Positions 53,779 to 64,000 of a stretch of DNA of 64,000 nucleotides are shown one piece after another (position 1 is the first letter of the stretch; each line of letters starts with the position of its first letter). A model generated the notes under the pieces. It was given only the letters and a program-made list of their open reading frames with translations. It was not told where the DNA came from and did no database searches. Made by a program: the position numbers and the translations under genes. Source of the DNA: Chlorokybus atmophyticus (Eukaryota; Plantae; Mesostigma and Chlorokybus algae); NCBI GenBank assembly GCA_009103225.1, contig RHPI01002990.1:312223-376222 (forward strand). The letters run 5' to 3'.

Positions 53779-55221
53779 ATGGCGCAAGCCATTCAGTTAC
53801 CTCTCACATCTACTAATGCTCCTCCTACCGCTGCAACACACGCAAGGTGATTGCGCAACCAACACACCACCTCCTTCATGGCATGTGCTGCTACGACTAC
53901 GACTACGTCAACAAGCAGCTGCAGTACTACACGTACAGGGAGTACAGTGACTGCAGCTCCTCCTACCGCTACCACTCATCCGAGGTGCATGCCGTCGCCG
54001 CCGGCCTCGCGGCATTGCGCCGTAAGCACTTGCTAAGCATAGAGCCCGCTGTCAAGTCCATCCCAACAAGCCAATTCCACATGTATAAGGTTTAAGTCAT
54101 TGTAGTGGTGATGACACAGCACCCGTGCATAATGTGTAGACAGTAGGCAAAGCAAACAAGGCAACAAGGTAAATAAGAGCAGGCAGGCAGTAGCTTTATT
54201 ACACCCAGGGCCTTGACAACCTAGCTTGTGCTAATAAGTGACATGTGTGCAGGCAATGCGCGGGGTTGGGCTTGCAGCTGTATGCTTCAAGTCCACAGGA
54301 ACTCTCATGAATCTCGTTTCTGCAACAAGTTATGTGGGGAAATTATCACCAATTATGTGTGGTGCAGCTAGATTGTACATTGTGCTTGTCGACGGTGCCT
54401 TCTGAGATTCTTGAGTTACTCTGTGAGACAAGGTGCAATGTGCCACACCTGCAAAATGTGACGTAACAATGATTGATCTTCATGTAATGCCATGTTCAAA
54501 GATTATCATGTAGTCATAAAATATCAGGTATTGATATAAAGTAAGTGCAAGTATATGCAAATATTGATCAAAGTTTAAGAACGAGCCAAAACATTTTTAG
54601 GCTCATGTTTAAACAAGCTGCGCAACAATCTCTATTATCCCAAAACGTTTTCAAGAATAGCATTAATGCTACTCTCAATTGTCAAGTTCACAAGACGGTA
54701 TGCATGTTGGCTTATTTTCTTAACTGAAACTTTGATTAAGTGTCATGTATACAATAATTCAAGCAAACAACATATACTTTTAATACACACGCGCATGAGA
54801 ATAAAAGCATCCGACATGTGATGAGGGCTTTGTTCGCATCACTTATATTTGATGACAATTGCAAAGGTGGCGCTAAAGAAGCGCGTCTGCTCAAAAACGT
54901 GGGCAGTTTTACCACAAGTTGAGGTTTAACCTCACCAATAACATTGATCAACCCACTTAAAAACCAAACTGTCTTAATGCCAGCTTGGCGTCTCGAGCGT
55001 CACGCAAGTGCGACGGCGTCACATGACGCAACCTGCTCAAACGTGTGAGGTCGCGACAACACAATCTGCTTGGCGTGACGCAGATCTCTGCCATATCCCA
55101 AAGAGAAAATGCAACCGGCCAGAACAGGCTTACATTTTCCGTGTCCACTTTCTTGCATTCGTAGCCACAATGGCCCACTGAATGGACATGATCATGAGCA
55201 AGTGCCACTAGCCACTGCGTT

Positions 55222-55229
55222 TTTCCCGC
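55222..55229 (+). promoter_or_regulatory. E2F-consensus site TTTCCCGC upstream of the Mpv17-family gene
   Basis: Exact consensus match about 160 bp before the ATG, near several TGACG/CGTCA motifs at 54990-55080. Function is untested. Confidence 0.3.
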
Positions 55230-55385
55230 GACATTACGCGCCAGCCTGGCGGGTCTGGAGCTATGAGCCTGTAACTGTGTGACGATCAAGCGTATCTAGA
55301 AGGTGTAACCAAAAGGCCGTAACTCGTACGGGTGTTAGGCTGGGCAGCGGCCAGGTGGTTGAGGACGTAATTGGCGTCGTTGGCG

Positions 55386-56666
55386 ATGTGGGCGGCCGTG
55401 AGGGCTGCGAGGAGAGGGGTGGCGTCCGGGACCAACCTTGTCGGTGAGAGACAGCTGCTGCTGCAGCAACAGTCGCAGCTGCTCCAGCAGCAGCAGCAGC
55501 AACAGCAGCAGTCACAGCTGCACAAGCGTTTGCTGCTTAAGCTACAGACGCTTTCCCCCAGTGTCCGCCCAGCTGGCGCTGTCTCGGCTGCAGCAACCGA
55601 GGCGGCTGCAGCAGCAGCGTCAGGGACAGGTGTTCCTGGTGCCACTGGCTTCTGGCGCCGTGCGGCAGAAGCTTACGTGCGATGGAACAAGTAAGACAGT
55701 GGTCCACGCAGCCAGTGTCTTGTGCTTGCTCAATTGCTAACGAGGGTGTCGCTTGCTGAAGTTGTGTGCTGGCTTTGTTTGTAGTGAGAGGCCATTCGTG
55801 ACAAGAGCGGCGACAGCTGGCACCATTTTCTTGGCCAGCGATCTGTCTGCGCAAGTACTGACCAGCGTGGTGGCCACGCCGCCTCAGACGCTTGCAGCTA
55901 CTCCAGCGAGGTAGGCAAGACAGGTTGCATGTGTATGCTCAATCAGCAATTGCGCGCACCTTCAGACTGACATGTGTACATTGCTTCACAGCACTGGACT
56001 GCTGCCTGCATTCAAATGGGAGGCAGAAAGGTCCCTCCGTATGCTTAGCTTAGGCCTGTTCTTGTCTGGGCCAGGCCAGCACATGTGGTTCTCCTTTCTA
56101 CATAAGTGAGTATCATGTCATGTCAAAACACACATGCAACGTTCAAGCACAGCTGCATCTTCCAGTTGTTGCACTAGTCCTTCAGCTGTGCATTATATGC
56201 TTTGCAGGTACTTGCCTTCAAGAAAACCGCCTTTTGTTGTGTTGAAAGTGGCGTTAGGCCAGCTGCTGTATGGCCCATTCTTCACAGCTCTATTCTTCGC
56301 TGCCAATGGCTACTTGCAAGGTGGGTTATTCAATGTTCAAGTTCACGTTTGTTGCATAGACTAGGCATGGGACCTTACGCTGCTTGTTGGTCCAATCTCT
56401 CAGGGCACAACACCGAGCAGGTCAAGTCCAACTTGAAGGAGAAGCTCATACCAACATTGAAGGCGGGGTTGATGGTGTGGCCCATTGCCGACGCCATAAA
56501 CTACAAGCTGGTGCCGGCGAGCATGCAGGTGCTCTTCATAAACTGCTGTGCGTTTCTGTGGACGATTTACCTGGCCGCTGTTGTGAACAAGAGCGAATCC
56601 AGTAGTAGTGAACAACAGGGAAGTGTAGCCAAGGGTGAGGCTGCAGCAGAATTGGCGCATCAATAG
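55386..56666 (+). CDS. Mpv17/PMP22 family membrane protein with Arg-rich, poly-Q targeting-like N-terminus
   Basis: AYVRW...RPFVTRAATAGTIFLASDLSAQ, RSLRMLSLGLFLSGPGQHMWFSFL, LKVALGQLLYGPFFTALFF, KLIPTLKAGLMVWPIADAINYKLVP..QVLFINCCAFLWTIYL. Confidence 0.92.
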
Positions 56667-56966
56667 AGGTGTTGTTACTGCCTTGCGTAGGCTACACAAG
56701 TGAGAGATTAGGGCTAGGTTTGTGTGATGTAAAAAAAATAAGCAGTGTACGGTGCAGTTGCTTCCTGTTGTCCCTGTCTTGCAATAACTGGGCTTCTGCA
56801 TGCGTCAGTTCAACACTTGCACGCCCGCCTCTCTGCGTATGTGCAAGCAGTGTGTGTTGTGAGCTTGGTATTACTAAGCAGCACAGAGACAGGGCAGTCA
56901 CTGGCTACAAGGAGCAGGCATTGTCACCACCACCACAAGCAATGCATGACCGGGCTGGCCCAAGCC

Positions 56967-57441
<475 letters not shown>

Positions 57442-57605
57442 TCAAAGCTATGCGTGCGTGTCAGTAAAGAGTTGCGGATGATTTTGACGTGCAAGCCGCT
57501 TGCAAGAAGCAAGCTGGTGTGCAGTGCCATGCAAAGACTCATTGCGTCGCATCGCTAGCAGCGTGTGCTTGCGGCGGCGGTGGTGGCGGTGGTGGCGGCG
57601 TGGTT

Positions 57606-57881
57606 ATGGTGGTCCGGGTGCGGGTGCTCTACTTTGCGCGGGCGCGGGAGCTCGCCGGCGGTCGGGGCGAGGAGGACCTGGAGCTGGGCGACGAGGGTGG
57701 CGCTCAGCCCAGCACGGACTCCTGCGTCGAGGAGATCCTCCGCCGCCATCCGGCCCTGGCCGACCTCCTCCCGTCCGTCGTCCTCGCCCTCAACCAGGAG
57801 TACATTGACAAGGCCGCCGGCCCCCTTCCCCTCCGCGACGGCGACGAGCTCGCCTTCATCCCTCCTATCAGCGGCGGCTAA
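57606..57881 (+). CDS. CNX7: Molybdopterin synthase sulfur-carrier subunit (MoaD/MOCS2A/CNX7), intronless
   Basis: MVVRVRVLYFARARELAG...VVLALNQEY...LRDGDELAFIPPISGG*: ThiS/MoaD signature with the C-terminal Gly-Gly. Confidence 0.96.
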   Translation: MVVRVRVLYFARARELAGGRGEEDLELGDEGGAQPSTDSCVEEILRRHPALADLLPSVVLALNQEYIDKAAGPLPLRDGDELAFIPPISGG

Positions 57882-57926
57882 CTCGTCAGCTAGTTAGCAG
57901 CTGTTTAGCAGCTGCTTTTTCCCCAC

Positions 57927-60900
57927 ATGCCTCTTCCATGCATAAGCTTGAGCTCCGGCGCTTCATGCTCCTACCCCTACGCCTCCTCCGCAGCCGCATG
58001 GCGCTTGACAGCCCCCGCAGCAGCTGCCTCATGCAAGCCAGTAGAAGCGAGTCCTTGTGCCCATGGGCGTCTGCGCAGGAGAGTTAGTGCTGTTGCTTGG
58101 AGGGTGCGCAGACGGCGGAAAGCGCAATTCTGCAGCTTTGCGGCCTCCTCCTCTGCTGCGCAACCTCAAGGAAGCAGCAGCTTAGGGGAAAAGCCTGCGG
58201 CTAAGGAGGAAGAAAGGCAGGAATCAGGTATGCGCTTGTGGTTTGGTGAGTGTGCAGTTGTGGGTGGACAGTGCCGAGCAGTGAGTGAAGTTGACAGCTG
58301 ACTGCGATCTATCTTGTCTCAACCAGAGGCGCCTTCTGCTCTACGCGTCGCGGGCATTGTTGGTGTTGCTACCCTAACCAGCAAGCTGCTTGTAAGCGCG
58401 TGGCGTTGTGCATGCTCTACATGCAGCTAGTGCACCTGCATGTGTACTTTGAGAGCTCTTGGTATCTTTTGGTTACTGGAGTATTGTTGTGGCTACATGG
58501 TATGTGCAGACTCGTTCTCATGACAGGGGGATGAGATTTATGAAAGGCTTGTTGTGCGTTGTATGCAGGGCACAGTGAGGGAGGTGGCATTGGCTGCTGC
58601 ATTCGGCGTTGGGCCGGTTGCGGAAGCCTTAAGTTATGCCACAATGCTTCCGGGTTTTTTCCTTGCCCTTCTGGGAGGTGAGATTACTCAAAACTTCCAC
58701 ATACTCATACAACAAGCAGGTTGCTTGCCGTGTTGCCTCACAGCTACTTACTTCGTGAAGGCATCAATGGACCCTTCCACAGCGCAATGGTTGCTGCACT
58801 TAGGTCAGTACAAAGTTTCATAGCAAAGTTGAACAGAATCACTGGGCTCACTCTTGCTTGTTGTGCTGTCATTCAACAGCAAGCGCAACAAGCAAGAGGG
58901 TGCACGACTTGTGGAATCAGTCACGACGCTAGTTGCTCTCTCCATGCTCGTGTTCACCATCGCCATTGCTGTGTTCGCCGGTCCCCTCATCGACCTTTCT
59001 GCACCCGGGTAAGCTATAAACTATTGCCACCTGCACTGCATGTTACTGCCCGTCGTCACAGCTTGACTGCTGCAAGCACACCTGCTCAGGTTGAGGGTGA
59101 GTGCAAGCGCAAACTGGCAACTTACTCAGGCAATTGCCATCATGCAGGTACATGCACCCATCCAAGATGTTACATGTTCACAAAACAGATCTGTGTTGAG
59201 TGGTGTATTGTGTTATACAGTGTACATGCATGACTAAGTTTGTAACTCACTGTGCATGTGTTGCGGCCAGCTCCGTATACTGGCCCCTTGTGCAGTGCTC
59301 GCTGGGTTGATCGGCGTTGGCTTTGGCACCCTCAGGTGAGCTTTTGTACGGCCATCAACATCAACACACACATGCATGCAACGCAACATCGTCCAACATT
59401 TGCACAGCGCGAATGGTGTGTACGCCATCCCATCCCTCTGCCCTTCACTGTCAAGCCTTTCGGTCTTGGCTGCCACTGCCAGTTATCTTGTATTCTTTGG
59501 CAAAGACAGCACGTCCCTCAGTCCGTCCCTGGCAATGAAAGGTACTCACGCTACACAACGACTGTTGAGTTGTCATAGAGGACTCATGTCATGCTGTTGA
59601 CTCCAGGAGGCGTGCTGATAGCGATTGGTCTTTTGACGGGAGCCGTGTTGCAGTATTTGGTTCAGGCGGCGGTTCAGTACAAGAAAGGAATGGGGGTCAT
59701 GAGGTTCAGGTGGCCTTCTTTAAAGGACCCAGGTGTTAATGAGGTAGGCCTCACACTCGTGGCACATGAGTGGCTGGTTAGCTGCGCCCTTCAGCAATCG
59801 CTATCCGTGTAGGTCATTGGGGTCATGGTGCCAGGTTCAGTTGCGGCGGGCATGATGCAGATTGCAACCTACACTGATCTATACTTTGCATCCTTTCTTC
59901 CGCGCGCTGCAGCAGCACTTGGCTACGCCAACATCCTTGTCCAGGTACCCTTGTTGGGGCGCTTGTTTGTTAACGGTTGCTTGCATGACTCTCAAGTGAA
60001 CCACTGAGCGAGTTACTAACCAACTCTCTGTTGCCAGGCACCATTGGGCATACTGAGCAGCGCGCTGCTTGTCCCCATACTGCCAGTGTTTGCACGGCTG
60101 TCGCAGCCACATCAGTGGCCGCAACTTAAACAGAAGATCCGTCAGGCTTTCATAGTGTCTTTGGTATGTTCAGCGGGTGGTACGGTCTGTGGTCTGCTGT
60201 GCTTAAACACCCACAGTACTCTGCAGTGTTGCAACGCATGCCTATGTCTCAATGTCCTTAACATCAAATGCAGGTGGCCACACTGCCGCTGACCGCCACC
60301 TTGATCCCCTTGTCCAAGCCGATAGTGAACGTCTTGTTCGAGCGCAAGGCATTTGATGCTGGAGCCAGCGCCCTCGTGTCCTCTCTGCTGTGCTGCTGTA
60401 AGCTATACGGCACGGTTCACAGCCTGTCAAACTTATCCGCATGCCAGTGCGTTGGTCACGACGTTGATCGCATCAGCATTGCGCAGATGCAAGTGGTGCC
60501 GGGTTTTATCTCGCACGCGATGTGGCCGTGCGGGTGTTCTACGCTTTGGGTGACGGCACACCTCCTTTCGTGATCAGCAGCCTTGCCATCATTGGCAACG
60601 CATTTCTTGACTGGCTCTTCGTACGCCACTTCAACTTTGGGGCGCAAGGCCTGGTATGGTGTTTTGGGATATAGTTGCTGGATGCCAAGGATGCAGCATA
60701 TTGACATGTATGATGTACCCACGTGCAGATTTTTGCTACAACAGCGATGAATGCGGCATCGGTGTTGGCATTATTGGTGCTGATATCTCGTCGACTTGGC
60801 GGTCTGGAGTTCAAGACTTGGATCAGACCGCTTGTAACGCTTCTATCAGCTGCTGTGTGTGCTTCAGCGGCAACCGGCATAACATTTCAAGCACTGCAGA

Positions 60901-61150
60901 GCCTGCAATTGCATTCCTGGTAAGAAATATACGCTCTGTTCGCATGGCATGACCCTTGCATGTCCTGCAGCTTCCTTCTGACTGATTGAAGAAATCATGT
61001 GCGTCTTGCAGGTTTGCTCGAGTGTTTGCAGTAGGCCTTGCTGGCGTCACAGGCTTGGCGGTGTTTGTGGCAACAGTCGTAGTTGCGAGATTGCCTGAGG
61101 CTACCAGCGTGATGCAGAGTGTCAGACAACGGCTTGCGCCAGCTGCTTAA
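57927..61150 (+). CDS. murJ: Plastid MurJ/MviN lipid II flippase (cyanobacterial type)
   Basis: Ser/Ala/Arg-rich transit peptide, then in-phase exons AGIVGVATLTSKLL|GTVREVALAAAFGVG...LLGG|INGPFHSAMVAAL, MQIATYTDLYFASF, PLGILSSALLVPILPVF, LFERKAFD, RVFYALGDGTPPF. TAA at 61148-61150. Confidence 0.93.
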
Positions 61151-62271
61151 TGTAGCTCAATTCGTGACCTCAGGTTGCTGACAGCTTGCTTGCTTGATTG
61201 TGCCTGGATCTTTGTTTGATCATTGACTGTGTCGGCAACTGTTGTTAATTGCCTAGCCACATGGCTAGTGCTCGCCAACCTGGTACGTTTATTTTTGTGT
61301 CATAAAAGTGGTAGAGGCTTGAAGCGAACAGTAGCCAGGATTTCGCACGAGTGCTTTAGTGAGAGAGTTCGTTGCAAGTAGGACAAGTATAAGAGCTAAC
61401 ACTTGCAAACACCACATTGTGGCAGCGCAGGTCAGCCGCCCCAATTGGTAGCTCCCATGTTGACGATGGTTATAGAGCGCAATTGGTTTGTCAATAATGT
61501 GTGGGTTGGGGCTACCATTACACACCCCACCAGACATGTGTTATTCACACGGCTTGTAAAGGATAATTCTATCCAAGGAGGATTCATTGCGGGAAAAATC
61601 CACCAAACTAGTTCATTCAATCTTTGTGTTGAGAACATGGCAATGTGGTTCCTTTATGTTGCCATTATCTACTAGTAATGGTGCTACACATGAGTTTGGA
61701 ACAACTTATAAATGGCATTCATGTATGCACCATGCCCATGAAAGCGTTCTCCAATGAATTGTCCCTTTGCAATGCTTTATACCAATGGACAATACACATT
61801 CAGCAAGAATATTGACCTTCTTGCGTGTATAAGATATGCATGTGGTATTACGAAACATTCATTATTGCCATGTCGTTATGAAATGGAACATTGGAAGATA
61901 ATTGTAGCTAATGACAATGTCGCATCACATGTCATCCTTGAACTCCCATCATCTTTCATTAATAGCGGGAGAGCTCTTGTATCACTGACATGTGTTAAGT
62001 ATAGGCAGGCGCAAGGCACTCACGCAACAGTCACAAATCAGTCACAAGGAGCAAGCATGAGGCAAGCTAGAACACAAGAGACGACCTCATCATCTTGAAT
62101 TCAATCACAACGCATAACAATTGATAAGAATCATTGGATGTTTTGTGATAAAGAGATTACGTCCATGCAAGCAAATAATCAGCTCGGTTTGTATTCTTGC
62201 TTATTCTTGCTTATGGGATTAGGATTTGATATCGACATTGATTACCTTAGACACGTTGCACCGGGGGGGGG

Positions 62272-62583
62272 CTCGTACGGGTGTTAGGCTGGGCAGCGGC
62301 CAGGTGGTTGAGGACGTAATTGGCGTCGTTGGCGATGTGGGCGGCCGTGAGGGCTGCGAGGAGAGGGGTGGCGTCCGGGACCAACCTTGTCGGTGAGAGA
62401 CAGCTGCTGCTGCAGCAACAGTCGCAGCTGCTCCAGCAGCAGCAGCAGCAACAGCAGCAGTCACAGCTGCACAAGCGTTTGCTGCTTAAGCTACAGACGC
62501 TTTCCCCCAGTGTCCGCCCAGCTGGCGCTGTCTCGGCTGCAGCAACCGAGGCGGCTGCAGCAGCAGCGTCAGGGACAGGTGTT
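62272..62583 (+). repeat. 312-bp apparently identical copy of 55323-55634 (5' end of the Mpv17-family gene), ending at an N
   Basis: Constant offset of 6949. It starts right after a G9-10 run and ends at N62584. Confidence 0.95.
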
Positions 62584-62661
62584 NCGGCTGAACACTGTTA
62601 CAGGAGTCATCAATTTCAAGGTCAACCCTAAAACGCGCGCGCGCATAAGTGTTGCAGCGCC

Positions 62662-64000
62662 ATGGCGGCGGCGACTGCGGCGGCGAGTGGGACGACGACA
62701 TGGCGGACGACCGCAGCCTCCACAACTCCTCAGCCACGCAGGACAAAAAGGAGCAGGCCAGGAAGGACGCGGGCTACATTCGTATCGCCAGCTGCCGGAG
62801 AGGCGGCGACCTCGACGTCCTCCTCAACAACTCCTCAGAGGACGACACCAACGGCGACGCCCAGGACGTGGCCGGCAGGGGCGGCGAAGGTGCTGGGCAG
62901 CAGGCTGATCTCTGCAGTAAAGACGCCGTACCTGCCGGATGGGCGCATTGACCTGGACACGTACGACGTGCTGGTGGCCGCCCAGGAGGCGGCGGGCGTG
63001 GAGGGGCTGATTGTAGGCGGGACCACCGGCGAGGGCCAGCTCATGGCGTGGGACGAGCAGGTCGTCCTCATCGCCCACACTGTTCGCTCCTTCCCCCGCC
63101 TCGCCGTCATTGGCAACACCGGCTCCAACGCCACAAGAGAAGCTCTGCACGCCACTGAGCAGGTAGCAATCACTTTCATACGCTTGCACATTGCAATAAT
63201 CGAGCAGCAGCTTTTACAGCAGCGTCCTCCCTCTACGCCATTCTCTTAGGCTTTGGAAAAGTGGATTTGCCTTTCTTGCTTGCATATTGCTTGCATCTTG
63301 CCCCATGCATGCATGCATGAGTTGCTCATGGCAACCCCTAGCAGTGCATGCGAGTGTGCCAGGTGGGTGGGTTGGCATGTGAAAGCTTGTAAGCTTAGTG
63401 AGTTGTGCATGCGTGTAGGGCTTTGCGGTGGGCATGGACGCCTCCTTGCAAATCAACCCGTACTACGGCAAGACTTCAGAGGCGGGGCTGAAGGCCCATT
63501 TTGGTGCCGTGCTCGGGGTGGGTCCGGGTATTGTGTACAATGTCCCGGGCAGGACTTGCCAGGATCTGCCCGCCAGCCTCATGCGCGACCTCGCGGGAGC
63601 GCACCCCGACACGCTGTTGGGTGTGAAGGAGTGTGCGGGCAACAACCGCATTGCCACCTTGTCTAGTGCCGTCCCGGCCGTCTGGTCTGGCAATGATGAC
63701 CAGTCGCATGATGCCAGATGGGACCACGGCGCCAAGGGTGTCATATCCGTCACATCTAACCTTGTCCCGGGCCTTATGCGAAGGTATGCATGCATGTTTG
63801 TGCGCAGATCTCCTGCAAGTACAGCATGCCTCCCTAGCTAGATGCATGCAGAGTTGATGTTTCATGGGTGAAGCGGCGAGCTGCTGCTGCGCTGAGTCAT
63901 TTTACGTGCAGCTCGCTGCGATACTGTGTCGCACGCAAGCATAGGTTGCGTGCGTGGTCCATGTTGGTGTGTAGTTCAGTGTTCTTACCCATCATGTTGC
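62662..64000 (+). CDS. dapA: 4-hydroxy-tetrahydrodipicolinate synthase (DHDPS), plastid-targeted; 3' end outside the window
   Basis: [77 protein letters not shown]. The last visible exon ends at about 63782. Confidence 0.96.

Noticed and set aside
61289-61640. Minus-strand hydrophobic ORF with ALVRNPGY (DHHC-like DPG motif)
   Set aside because: Isolated, in AT-rich DNA, and no DHHC cysteine-rich domain nearby.

Overview
Gene-dense, intron-rich nuclear DNA from a green alga. The gene set suggests an early-diverging streptophyte alga (inference): plant-type CCaMK, CHX, EXA1-type GIGYF and DHDPS, plus plastid MurJ and a centriolar MPHOSPH9-like gene. About 14 spliced or single-exon genes can be assembled by hand: MPHOSPH9-like, ATPD, GIGYF/EXA1, EngB GTPase, cytochrome b561, F-box-ankyrin, TRAPPC11, CCaMK, CHX, EF-hand/TLDc, Mpv17/PMP22, MoaD/CNX7, MurJ and dapA (runs off the window). 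There is also a decayed SPX-EXS (PHO1/XPR1) gene, two weakly supported unknown genes, long microsatellites, and two exact local duplications that end in N and are probably assembly artefacts. No rRNA, tRNA, CRISPR array or intact transposon was recognised. Main leads: (1) intronless MoaD stops 45 nt before the only in-frame ATG of MurJ, a candidate bicistronic mRNA; (2) the CCaMK lacks the Thr271/Trp342/Ser343/Ser344-equivalent regulatory residues; (3) an MPP9-like centriole protein in a plant-lineage alga; (4) a DHDPS with Gln at allosteric position 56, next to MurJ; (5) TRAPPC11 introns whose ends are complementary. All family assignments and residue numbers come from recalled reference sequences aligned by eye; no searches were run.
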